Of a stretch of DNA of 64,000 bases, positions 10,102 through 19,033 are shown piece after piece (the stretch's first letter is position 1; the number at the start of each line of letters is the position of its first letter). The DNA lies in assembly GCA_965223865.1 (NCBI GenBank), contig OZ245020.1, positions 192,001 to 256,000 on the forward strand. Direction: 5' to 3'. The notes below the pieces were generated by a model, which worked only from the letters and a program-made list of their open reading frames with translations, was not told the origin of the DNA and did no database searches. The stretch is from Nitrosarchaeum sp. Lineage in GTDB: Archaea; Thermoproteota; Nitrososphaeria; Nitrososphaerales; Nitrosopumilaceae. A program made the translations under genes and the position numbers.

Positions 10102-10998
10102 TTAAAAGTCAATTCTTCCCATCTCCCCATTTTGAAAATCCTTGATTGCTTGCTGTAATTCTTCTTCAGTATTCATCACAAATGGACCGTATCGTTTTAC
10201 TGGTTCTCCAATTGGAGTTCCCCCTAACAAAAGTAATTCCAAAGATTCTGTTGCGTCACTAGGGTTAGAGAAAGTAATCTCGTTTCCATTGTTTTCAAAG
10301 AATACAGCTTGTTCCTTTTTTGCAAGTTTTTGTTCAATACCAAATAATCCCTGACCTTGTGCAATGTATGCAAAGGTGTTGAAATTATTTGGAATTTCTT
10401 GTTTAACTTGAGCTCCTGGTTGCAATGAAAAATGCAAATACATTATGGGAATTTTAGTATCAATTACTGCCTTTTTTCCCATTGATTGACCAGCAATTAC
10501 CTTTACACGAACTTTACCGTCTTTACTTTGAGAGACAGGAATCTTATCTGATGGAATCTCTTGATAACGTGGCTTTGTCATCTTATCTTTTTTTGGTAAG
10601 TTAACCCATAATTGGAATCCATGTAGTCTCCCACCTTTTTGTGCAAATTTGTTTTCTGGCATCTCAGAATGAACAATACCAGATCCTGCAGTCATCCATT
10701 GCACATCTCCAGAATGAAGTTTACCTGAATGTCCTTTGGAGTCTTTATGCTCAAAAGAACCATCAATTACGTATGTTACAGTCTCAAATCCGCGATGAGG
10801 ATGTGCTGAGGCTCCTTTTGCTTCTCCTTTTTCTAATATTACAGGTCCCATCTCATCTAATAACAAGAAAGGATCAAAATCTCTTAAAGCATAATTTGGG
10901 ATTGGTCTATGTACAGTAAAGCCATCGCCTTCAAGAGTAGTTTTAGCAGTAACTATCTCTGAAACATTTCTTTGGTTGGATTTCTGAACTTGTGTCAT
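10102..10998 (-). CDS. Pirin family protein
   Basis: DPFLLLD, HPHRGFETVTY, QWMTAGSGIVHSE and GPFVMNT motifs. Confidence 0.95.
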   Translation of the reverse strand: MTQVQKSNQRNVSEIVTAKTTLEGDGFTVHRPIPNYALRDFDPFLLLDEMGPVILEKGEAKGASAHPHRGFETVTYVIDGSFEHKDSKGHSGKLHSGDVQWMTAGSGIVHSEMPENKFAQKGGRLHGFQLWVNLPKKDKMTKPRYQEIPSDKIPVSQSKDGKVRVKVIAGQSMGKKAVIDTKIPIMYLHFSLQPGAQVKQEIPNNFNTFAYIAQGQGLFGIEQKLAKKEQAVFFENNGNEITFSNPSDATESLELLLLGGTPIGEPVKRYGPFVMNTEEELQQAIKDFQNGEMGRIDF

Positions 10999-11073
10999 GA
11001 GAAAAATTACGTATTTTATTATATAATCAGGCTGTCTACTTTGTATTGCAAAGCTTACCCCTAGGAGATTATC

Positions 11074-11616
11074 ATGCCAACTAAAAATACAGAGACTGCT
11101 TCGTTTAGGTTGGATTCAGATAGTTTAGAGAAGCTCAGAAAAGAAGCTGAAGACAACGATTTGAGTCTCAATCAATTGCTAAATCAAGTAATTGGAAATC
11201 ATGTGAATTTTCGCTCTGTTGCAAAATCAGCTGGTTTTATGACAATCCCAAAACCTGTTCTCAAAAGAATCATGGGAAAATTCTCTGAAGAGGAAGCAAG
11301 AGAAATCGGAAGAGAACATTCTGAAAAAGATGCAGAATCTATTCTTTGTATGCTTAGAAATGAATTCAATGTAGATGATTTTCTAGACACAATGGAATAT
11401 TGGGTCAAGGATGCAGGTTTTTCAATTAGACATGACGTTGAAAATGATATTCACAAGTATGTAATTCAGCATGAACTTGGAAAAAACTGGTCATTATACA
11501 TGTCAGAGTTTATCAGCCAAACAATAGAAAAAATGACTCGAAGAAAAGTAGAATCACGAATTACAGACAATACAGTTGCATTTACTGTCGATAAATCAAA
11601 AGTGGTTGAAGGATAG
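11074..11616 (+). CDS. Putative transcription regulator (N-terminal ribbon-helix-helix-like)
   Basis: TASFRLDSDSLEKLRKEAEDNDLSLNQLLNQVI; divergent from pirin. Confidence 0.6.
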   Translation: MPTKNTETASFRLDSDSLEKLRKEAEDNDLSLNQLLNQVIGNHVNFRSVAKSAGFMTIPKPVLKRIMGKFSEEEAREIGREHSEKDAESILCMLRNEFNVDDFLDTMEYWVKDAGFSIRHDVENDIHKYVIQHELGKNWSLYMSEFISQTIEKMTRRKVESRITDNTVAFTVDKSKVVEG

Positions 11617-11897
11617 GCTCACAGGCCAATAGTCGTTTTGCAAATATTGGCATAATAATCACTGCTTGTTGTTAATTGAAAATCTGTGATTCTACTTTCT
11701 TAAATTTGATTTTTGAACCAGAAACTGTAATGTTGGTGAAGAAAAAAGGCCTACTCCTATAATCACAGCACAACATGTATGGGGTATAGATAAGGACCCA
11801 AAAAGTGGTATAACGTTACAGTTTATAGATTCATACTTGTTTGGAAACTAATGAAAGTTTAGCTATACAGTTTTACGCATGGTTTATGGATTAGAAT

Positions 11898-12233
11898 CTA
11901 CTCAAATTGTAAATTCCATTGCTTTGACCAACGTCTTATTAGAAAAATTGCAAACAATATCGTTCCTATTTGAACTCCTACTGAAAATATGAATTGGTTA
12001 TCATCTACTCCATAGTAAAAAATCATGACATTTGTGAATCCTTCCACCAAATCTTCATCTTCTGTGGGCAAAAAAACAGATGATGCAATTGATACTGGTA
12101 TTGCTACAACAAGAATCATTATCATCAGATATTTTCGTAGTTTTTTTACTCGATATGCTGCATACATGTCAAGAATCGGAATTATGCAGAAAATTGTTTG
12201 AATCGTCAGGTCTACTTTTCCTTTTGCAGGCAT
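11898..12233 (-). CDS. Small membrane protein
   Basis: Three hydrophobic segments. Confidence 0.7.
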   Translation of the reverse strand: MPAKGKVDLTIQTIFCIIPILDMYAAYRVKKLRKYLMIMILVVAIPVSIASSVFLPTEDEDLVEGFTNVMIFYYGVDDNQFIFSVGVQIGTILFAIFLIRRWSKQWNLQFE

Positions 12234-12350
12234 GGTTTTATGAAAATATGATGATTAATTATACTTGCTACTCAAAAACAGTTCAGGCCTATGTGGAATT
12301 GAACTCAAAAAGAGGATACTTTATGAATATCTAATTTGGAGACGAATAAA

Positions 12351-12998
12351 ATGAAATTTTTTATTATGATACTTCTTGCAATTTTGGTTTCAGGTACTTT
12401 TCTTATATCTAACATAAGTGCAGAAAAACAATTAGAACTCTTGGTAAGTCCAATCATCCCAAAACTTGTCCATTCTGATGAACCTGTTGATTCTCTGATA
12501 ATTCGAGATGTTAACAACAGCCCTGTTTGGGATGGTGCACTATATCCGATTGTTGGGATTGATTTTGTTGAAGGAAATGCATATCACATTATTGCAAAAA
12601 AATCTGATGATTTTCAATTTCCTGAAAATAAAAAATATGAATTGATTGAAATTAAACATATTTTCAAACCTCATAAACCATATTCTTGGAAGAGTCTTTG
12701 TGCTCCTGGGTATCTCATAGATCCTCATGGCGATGATTGTGTGTTTGTTTTTAGGTGTAGTGAAGATGCATATCCAGGAAGACCATGTATCATAAATTGG
12801 ACAGAACAAGATTATCTTAGACCGTTACACCAACAAAAAGTAGGAATATTGCCCGAAGATACAATTTGTTTGGAAAATTTACAATTAATTATTGACAATG
12901 ACAACACTCCGGTTTGTGTAAAACAATCCTCTGTTGAAAAATTGTTGGAACGTGGTTTCATACTTGGAAAAAATAACAATGATTCACCATACGATTAG
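12351..12998 (+). CDS. Exported protein, array gene 1, C-terminal C...CV...KLxxRG module
   Basis: Signal peptide MKFFIMILLAIL; ends CLENLQLII...PVCVKQSSVEKLLERGF. Confidence 0.75.
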   Translation: MKFFIMILLAILVSGTFLISNISAEKQLELLVSPIIPKLVHSDEPVDSLIIRDVNNSPVWDGALYPIVGIDFVEGNAYHIIAKKSDDFQFPENKKYELIEIKHIFKPHKPYSWKSLCAPGYLIDPHGDDCVFVFRCSEDAYPGRPCIINWTEQDYLRPLHQQKVGILPEDTICLENLQLIIDNDNTPVCVKQSSVEKLLERGFILGKNNNDSPYD

Positions 12999-13006
12999 TC
13001 TAGAAA

Positions 13007-13759
13007 ATGAAAACTAGAGTTCTAATCGTTCTTGGTATAATTTTGGCAGCAACCACTATGACTGCTTTTTTTATTTTTCCTGGTGTTTCCCACTTTGTAT
13101 TAGGCAATGATACTCTGACAAATCAAAATCTGGATGTACATCTGAATGTTACTGGAATCAAATCTCACTATGAAATTGGTGAGCCTATTGCATTTTCTGT
13201 TCAAGTAAAATCACTGGGAAAAACTGTGCCCTGGCCGCAATATCGCATTTACCAAGATTACGTGGACATTTCCTCCGAACCAGTCTATTCCAGAATGTAC
13301 ATGACTCCAATAGAGCCAGAAGACAGACAAAACTCATTTGAATGGAGAGAGAAAACCTGGAATTTTCCTCTAGAGGATGATGACCCAATCAGGTTTTCTG
13401 ATAAAGGAAACTATACTCTCCGTGTAGACGTTGATGCAAAAAAACATGCTTTGGTTGATTTTCAGATAGTTGATTACAAAAATCCAGAAAGAGATGCCAA
13501 ACTGGATGCTGGATACAAGCTGTATCCTGGTGTTGGTTGGGTACCTCCTGATGAACTAGAAAATCAACAGCCGCTCTACAGGGTCAATCCAGACAATCCT
13601 GGAGAACTAATTTTAGATGTTGATGCGATGCAACAAGTTCAGGAGATTTTAGATTATTGTGGTCCTCCAAAATATCAGGGATTTGCATATGGTCTGGAAT
13701 ATTCCAATGGAACGCATGTCATTGACAACAATTCTTGCGAATGGAGAAAAATAAAATGA
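13007..13759 (+). CDS. Exported protein, array gene 2 (Ig-like YxxGE segment)
   Basis: MKTRVLIVLG signal/anchor; GIKSHYEIGEPI...GNYTLRV. Confidence 0.8.
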   Translation: MKTRVLIVLGIILAATTMTAFFIFPGVSHFVLGNDTLTNQNLDVHLNVTGIKSHYEIGEPIAFSVQVKSLGKTVPWPQYRIYQDYVDISSEPVYSRMYMTPIEPEDRQNSFEWREKTWNFPLEDDDPIRFSDKGNYTLRVDVDAKKHALVDFQIVDYKNPERDAKLDAGYKLYPGVGWVPPDELENQQPLYRVNPDNPGELILDVDAMQQVQEILDYCGPPKYQGFAYGLEYSNGTHVIDNNSCEWRKIK

Positions 13760-14148
13760 AAACCAGCAAGCTGATCATGACAGGAATTTTGGGAGTCATA
13801 CTGTATGTTGTTGTGATGTTTTCTTTTCTGATATTTGTTGCCTCGCCGCTCCAGCAACAGGCAATGATGAAATACGAATCAACTGATCTTGCAAAACAAT
13901 TTCTGGAAACCTATCCTGAGTCGGGAATAGTGGCAACTTCTGGCGATTTTTTTGAGAAGCATACGAGTTTTACATATTCTAAAAATGCCAGATGGGTTTC
14001 GTTGACATTTTCTGAGGGAATTGATGGTCAAAAAACAGTCTACAAGTGTGAAAGAATCACCTCCTCACAGGAACCAGCAGAGATATTCTACTTCGAGGAC
14101 CCCTCTCCTGAAACCATCAAAAACAACGTATGTGGAGAATATGATTAG
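13756..14148 (+). CDS. Membrane-anchored protein, array gene 3
   Basis: MKTSKLIMTG plus a TM helix; ATGA overlap with the previous stop. Confidence 0.75.
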   Translation: MKTSKLIMTGILGVILYVVVMFSFLIFVASPLQQQAMMKYESTDLAKQFLETYPESGIVATSGDFFEKHTSFTYSKNARWVSLTFSEGIDGQKTVYKCERITSSQEPAEIFYFEDPSPETIKNNVCGEYD

Positions 14149-14151
14149 AAA

Positions 14152-15228
14152 ATGAAAACCAGACTCTTGATACTCCTTGCATCTGTTGGATTGTTGGTTT
14201 TGATTCCACACGCATTTGCCTCCGAATCATTCCATGGAACCTCAAGTTTTGAGAATGCCCCTTTAGAACTAACCCCGGGAAAACCGACAAAGTTTGAAAT
14301 AAAATTCCGATACACAGAGGGCCCATACGCCCTAAGCAATCTTTCTCCAATAATTGATGTCAGTCCTGCCAGTGCCATCCCAACGGTTCGAATTGATACA
14401 GAACCGCTTGAAGGAATTACACAAGGTCAAGTTGCAAGGATTCCTGTAACAGTTACAGTAAACCCAAACATAGACCATGAAAAGATATTTCTCAGCATTT
14501 CTTTTACTGGGAATCATTTTTCTAGTCGCTCTGATGCATTTTACAAAAGCTCTTGGACAGATTCAATTGCATTTGATATTGCTCCAAAAGACAAGGCGGA
14601 TATTTTTGTAGACTATGAAATCATTCCATGGGAAGATTTTGAATATGAAATCATAGGAAAGGGCGCAATATTCAAAAATGATCTAATGGGACTGGCAATT
14701 CTGGAGGCAGGAACACAATATTTTGCTATCGTAAAGGCTGAATTTACAGAATCAAGTTTCGGGGACAAACCAACAGCAGTTGATGCAACAGCAGGATACG
14801 CAATCAAGAAAGGTGACCACATACCACGCCCGCCAATGCATGAAAATGCAACAGATAAGGAGCATATGGAATTTTCAATGAAACAGCAAAAACTAATTGA
14901 AGAATTTCCTAAACAAAGTTCAATAGAAGACTCGTATGACTTTGTAGTTGACGTTAAAAACCCATTTTACATCAAATTTCCATTTGTAGTTGAGGAATCC
15001 GGACAGTACACAAGACAGTTCTATAGGACAACTCATATCTTTGAAGGTCCTAGTGGATCTGCTATGGGCGGTCTTGTTGTAGTTGACAAATTCAGCAAGG
15101 CAGTTGATGAAAACAGCGTATGCAAAAATGAAGATTTTAGGCGCCTGATAAAACATGATTATTCCACAGTAGTATGTGTTACGGGAGAAACGGCTTGGAA
15201 ATTAATAGGGCGTGGGTGGGGAATATAA
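14152..15228 (+). CDS. Exported protein, array gene 4, C-terminal C...CV...KLxxRGW module
   Basis: MKTRLLILLA...HAFA signal peptide; ends CKNEDFRRLIK...VCVTGETAWKLIGRGWG. Confidence 0.8.
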   Translation: MKTRLLILLASVGLLVLIPHAFASESFHGTSSFENAPLELTPGKPTKFEIKFRYTEGPYALSNLSPIIDVSPASAIPTVRIDTEPLEGITQGQVARIPVTVTVNPNIDHEKIFLSISFTGNHFSSRSDAFYKSSWTDSIAFDIAPKDKADIFVDYEIIPWEDFEYEIIGKGAIFKNDLMGLAILEAGTQYFAIVKAEFTESSFGDKPTAVDATAGYAIKKGDHIPRPPMHENATDKEHMEFSMKQQKLIEEFPKQSSIEDSYDFVVDVKNPFYIKFPFVVEESGQYTRQFYRTTHIFEGPSGSAMGGLVVVDKFSKAVDENSVCKNEDFRRLIKHDYSTVVCVTGETAWKLIGRGWGI

Positions 15229-15836
15229 AAACTAGAACTCAAATCATATTACTTTCAATTATTTTCATTGTAGGTTCTGTATCGATACTTTATGCAGTTC
15301 AGATTCCTCACTATTCTTTGGAGATTAAAGGAATGAAAGATACGTACCATATTGGGGAACAATACTCATTTTACTATACATTATCAGGATTTGGACACAC
15401 ATGTCATTCTTGGATCGTGTCTTATCCTGATCAGAATGGAGAGTTTAATCAAGCTGGAGAAGCTATTGATTGTTCTAGACCTACCAACAAAGAACTTTCT
15501 TATGATTCTAGAAAAGACTCTAGAATATTTTCATCCAAAATTCCAGAAATTGAAGGCAAATATAATGTTACAGTATCACTAGAAGATTTAGAACCTGTAA
15601 TTTATGAATTCAGAGTTATATCTTCCTCTCAGAATGCCTATGAATTAGATGAAGCGTTGTGTATAGGAGGAAGAGGTTACATTGTTAATGACGAATGTGA
15701 ACGAATTGGAAAATATGATTCTGTTACAGGACTTCCAATAGTTGAAAACAAAGAACAATGTGACATGTTAGAGGGCAAGTGGGATGAAAAACAAAAAACT
15801 TGTGATTCAAAATATGGAAAAGAAAATGAAAATTAG
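15225..15836 (+). CDS. Exported protein, array gene 5; start codon reads ATA (mutated ATG or non-canonical start)
   Basis: ATA-AAA-ACT-AGA = (M)KTR then a hydrophobic stretch; GMKDTYHIGEQY...GKYNVTV resembles gene 2. Confidence 0.65.
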   Translation: MKTRTQIILLSIIFIVGSVSILYAVQIPHYSLEIKGMKDTYHIGEQYSFYYTLSGFGHTCHSWIVSYPDQNGEFNQAGEAIDCSRPTNKELSYDSRKDSRIFSSKIPEIEGKYNVTVSLEDLEPVIYEFRVISSSQNAYELDEALCIGGRGYIVNDECERIGKYDSVTGLPIVENKEQCDMLEGKWDEKQKTCDSKYGKENEN

Positions 15837-16029
15837 ACTCTTGATTGTTGCAGGGATTGTTATTTTCTTGGTTGGGATTTCTGTATTGGCATATGAGATA
15901 TTTGGAGATTTGAATTTTAAACTTAGTTCAGACATAGAAGTTTCAATAATATTTTATGTGATAGTTCCGGGATTGGCAATTTCTGGCATAGGCATTGTTT
16001 TAGAGTTTGCAAAAAAGGAGTGTGATTAA
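15826..16029 (+). CDS. Small two-TM protein, array gene 6
   Basis: MKIRLLIVAG; two TM helices. Confidence 0.7.
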   Translation: MKIRLLIVAGIVIFLVGISVLAYEIFGDLNFKLSSDIEVSIIFYVIVPGLAISGIGIVLEFAKKECD

Positions 16030-16491
16030 TGAAAACATATCCTATCCCTATAATTATCTGTTACTGTTCTAGTGGCATATTTTTCTATTTCATCAACAGC
16101 TATGCAAGAAAATAGTTTATCAAAACAATGCGACATTCCATATGATGTAAATTTTATAGAAAGAAGAGGAGTACCTTCAGCACCCAATGATGGAAAGCCA
16201 CACTATTCAATTGCAGAAGAATTTTCAATTTTCTATACTGTTCCAATTGGAGAATTTAGTGTAGATGATGTCTCTCATTCTTTAATATTGAAACCAGTAC
16301 CAACTTCGCATGGTTACATCATAATGTGTGATCCTTTACCTGTTTTAGAAAAAAGATTTGAGACAAAAATGCATGGATTGTTCGTTCTTGTAGACAACGA
16401 AGAGATTGAACCCAATTTGGTAAATAATGTGTTAAGAATTGATGTTAGTGGCAACACTAGCGTGGAGATTATAGGATTCAGGTTTGTTTGA
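16029..16491 (+). pseudogene. Exported protein, array gene 7, frameshifted in the signal peptide
   Basis: ATG AAA ACA at 16029 (TAATG overlap) is out of frame with the 16072-16491 ORF; a shift near 16052-16058 restores MKTY...SVTVLVAYFSISS. Confidence 0.6.
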
Positions 16492-16560
16492 AAATGAAAA
16501 CTATGATTTTTGTCATTTCAATTATTCGCGAAATTAAAAAAATAAAAAAGAACAGATATG

Positions 16561-17610
16561 TTATTCCTCTACTATGAACAAACCTATCATCCCTGCATCT
16601 GCATGGCCAACCACATGGCAATGGAACAACCAAATTGCGGGTTTGTCGGGCTTGACAATGAATGACTCTAGCGTTCCCTGAACTAGCGGAAATGTCTGCG
16701 AAGTTATTGTAGTACCTCTCTCGTTTGTGCTTGAAATCATCTTGTTTCCGTGCAGATGAAATGAATGAATTTGCTCACCAAGATTTGTAACGTGAAACTC
16801 AACTGTTTCTCCAACCTTTGCCTTGTAGACTGGCAGTGTATAATTGAACTGCTCAACAACGCCATCCAGTCCTTCTTCTGCAAAGATTTCTTCAAGAGCC
16901 TTTTCTCCGCCTGGTACACCCATTCCGTTCATGATATAGTATGGCACGGGTCCCTTCTCCATTCTTTCAACGTCATGGCCTATTTCTGCCATCACGATTG
17001 GAATGTGTCTGTCAATGTATGGTCTTGGGGGATTTCTTTCGATTATGATATTTCCATAAAGACCCTGCAAAATATGGTCCTTGATTCCAAGGCCCTTAGA
17101 TGCTGCATGGTCATGGAAAAATGTCGTTCCCCAATCATCTACATTGTATTCATACGTCCATTCCCCTCCTGGTGGAATCATTGAGCCTGCTCCAACTCCC
17201 GTGATTACGTTTACTGGGGATCCGTCATGTTTAGGATCATAGTCACTCATGTGGGCATGGAAGCTGTGAGTCACGTCATGATTGTTGATTACCCTGACTC
17301 GCAGCAGGTCTCCTTGGCTTGCCAATAGAGTCGGTGCGGGCACTGTTCCGTTGTATGTCCAAGCGTGCCAGACTGCGTTGTCTGATACTTGAATGTCTGT
17401 CTGCTCAATTATCAACGTATACTCCCTGACTGGCTGTTCCTCAGCTTTGGCAACCTGTGGATGTAAATCAGATACGCCTTGCGTCTGAACATCAGAGACA
17501 TTATGTGTTTCTGCGTTTAGGTTTGGCAAGAACTGAATGTTTCCTGTTGCTGCTACAATTAAAATTGCAAGCAGGATTGGAATTCCTATCAAACCAATTT
17601 TTTTCTGCAT
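16561..17610 (-). CDS. Two-domain multicopper oxidase (secreted)
   Basis: HSFHAH, FFHDH, HSFHLHG and WLFHCHVVGHADAGM copper motifs; signal peptide. Confidence 0.92.
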   Translation of the reverse strand: MQKKIGLIGIPILLAILIVAATGNIQFLPNLNAETHNVSDVQTQGVSDLHPQVAKAEEQPVREYTLIIEQTDIQVSDNAVWHAWTYNGTVPAPTLLASQGDLLRVRVINNHDVTHSFHAHMSDYDPKHDGSPVNVITGVGAGSMIPPGGEWTYEYNVDDWGTTFFHDHAASKGLGIKDHILQGLYGNIIIERNPPRPYIDRHIPIVMAEIGHDVERMEKGPVPYYIMNGMGVPGGEKALEEIFAEEGLDGVVEQFNYTLPVYKAKVGETVEFHVTNLGEQIHSFHLHGNKMISSTNERGTTITSQTFPLVQGTLESFIVKPDKPAIWLFHCHVVGHADAGMIGLFIVEE

Positions 17611-17804
17611 AATGACTTTCTCTGTGTTGTTAAATTAAATCAAAAGTTGTTTCTCCGTTTTAGCAATTAACAGATGGATTCTTATGGGATTTCATATCTC
17701 TGAACTGTAACAAACTTTTCTTAGTTCTTGATCCTGCGAATAAACTAAACAATGAAACCTGAACTGATGTCCATGTTGTCTAATTTAGATTCAAATTCTT
17801 ATAT

Positions 17805-18152
17805 TTACAATAGCATATTATCGTCTAGTTTTCCTATTATTTCATTTCTTTTCTCATTATCGTTAATTCGTTTGATAAATTCTTTAATTGATCTTCTGAC
17901 ATATTCTGCAATTTCTCCACGTTCTACTCTTTCTTTATGAAATGACAGAAACCTCATCACATTTGCTGTAACCCAACTGTTTCCGTTCTTTTTTGATTTT
18001 GAGATGAACTGTTTTGCTTGCTCTGCTAGGTTGCCTTGCAGTTCTAGAAAATCAAAAAAGTTTCGCATCCTTCTTTTGTATCGGTCTTTAGTAGCATCGC
18101 TCTTCATTGCATACAGGAACAATTCCAATGGTTCTGATTCGTATTCTGCCAT
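17805..18152 (-). pseudogene. Truncated tyrosine integrase (N-terminal part only)
   Basis: YAMKSDATKDRYKRRMRNFFDFL...ERVERGEI resembles the N-terminus of thaumarchaeal integrases as I recall them; starts 50 bp from the tRNA 3' end; no catalytic R-H-R-Y domain. Confidence 0.65.
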
Positions 18153-18202
18153 TTTTCTGCCTTCTGTTACACTTGGAACCAATAAAAGAACCACTAAAGG
18201 AG

Positions 18203-18276
18203 CGGGTCTAGAGGGATTCGGACCCTCGACAGCAGGATTAAGAGTCCTGTGCGCTACCTGGCTGCGCCATAGACCC
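18203..18276 (-). tRNA. tRNA-Lys(CTT)
   Basis: GGGTCTA...TAGACCCG acceptor stem; anticodon arm CAGGA-CTCTTAA-TCCTG. Confidence 0.96.
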
Positions 18277-18335
18277 ACGAAAATAAAACTGCCTAGAGTT
18301 GTTATTAACCTTAAGATTGTAAAATAAAGGAAAAT

Positions 18336-18938
18336 TTAGTTCTGAGCTTTAGCTTCAATTTCACTGTACTTCTCTAGAATTGCTGTAAGTGCAGTTGAAA
18401 CTGGTACGTCATTCATTTTTTTCTTTTCGGCAAGAAGTTTCTGGTATGCATCTAGTGTGATATATACTGGAATTGAACCATTTCCTTCAAGAAGTCCTCT
18501 AACGTTATAGAGTGCTGTTTCCATTCCTCTTTCAGCAGACTTGGCAAACTTTGCCTTATCCATAATTGCTCCTAATGGACCAAATGGCATTTCATAATCC
18601 ACTGTCATAGTAACTCGCGTAAGATTATCACCAAGTGATTTGAATTCATTGGTTATTTGCCAGTGTTTGAATGGTCCTTCAATTTGCTTTGCAGAAATCT
18701 TTTCATTTCGAACAAATTCGATTGTTTCACAGTCCCATTCTAGGCGTTTACCGCTAAAGTCACCAATAATTCTAAATGTTGTACCAACACCCATTCCTTC
18801 TTTGATATCCATTGGAACTACTGTCATTCCTACTGCATCAGTTTTAATTTGATCAGAAACATGCTCTGGTCTTGCAAAGTAGGTAAAAACATTCTCTACG
18901 GGGGTTTTAACATCGATTGATTTTGTTACGACGGTCAA
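18336..18938 (-). CDS. SRPBCC/polyketide cyclase family protein
   Basis: SIDVKTPVENVFTYF, GPFKHW and VDYEMPFGPLG motifs. Confidence 0.85.
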   Translation of the reverse strand: MTVVTKSIDVKTPVENVFTYFARPEHVSDQIKTDAVGMTVVPMDIKEGMGVGTTFRIIGDFSGKRLEWDCETIEFVRNEKISAKQIEGPFKHWQITNEFKSLGDNLTRVTMTVDYEMPFGPLGAIMDKAKFAKSAERGMETALYNVRGLLEGNGSIPVYITLDAYQKLLAEKKKMNDVPVSTALTAILEKYSEIEAKAQN

Positions 18939-19033
18939 CGATTCAATGTCTTGCCAATAAGGATTTAAAGGTTTTGAAGATTTTCCTATGTAAATTGATT
19001 AACACTATATTATTCTTAGAATATGGTTAATTT

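Larger units (their letters stand above)
12345..16506 (+). repeat. Dispersed junction motif, consensus GAAAATGAAAACYAGA, at each gene start in the array
   Basis: Copies with the start codon at 12351 (weak), 13007, 13756, 14152, 15225, 15826, 16029 and 16494. Confidence 0.7.
8731..18214. mobile_element. Integrated island at tRNA-Lys (decayed integrative element)
   Basis: Exact 14-bp direct repeat AGCGGGTCTAGAGG at 8731-8744 and 18201-18214 (tRNA-Lys 3' end); integrase fragment next to the tRNA; accessory gene content. Confidence 0.75.

Noticed and set aside
12345-16506. Classical integron attC sites or CRISPR repeats in the array
   Set aside because: There is no intergenic space, no GTTRRRY/RYYYAAC hairpins, no intI and no cas genes. 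Only the short junction motif is supported.
16561-17610. Calling the multicopper protein NirK
   Set aside because: It has HxH motifs in both domains and a C-terminal HCH...H...M site, typical of two-domain multicopper oxidases. Nitrite reductase cannot be supported.
18153-18278. N-terminal extension of ORF 17805-18278
   Set aside because: It runs through tRNA-Lys; the real start is the ATG at 18152.
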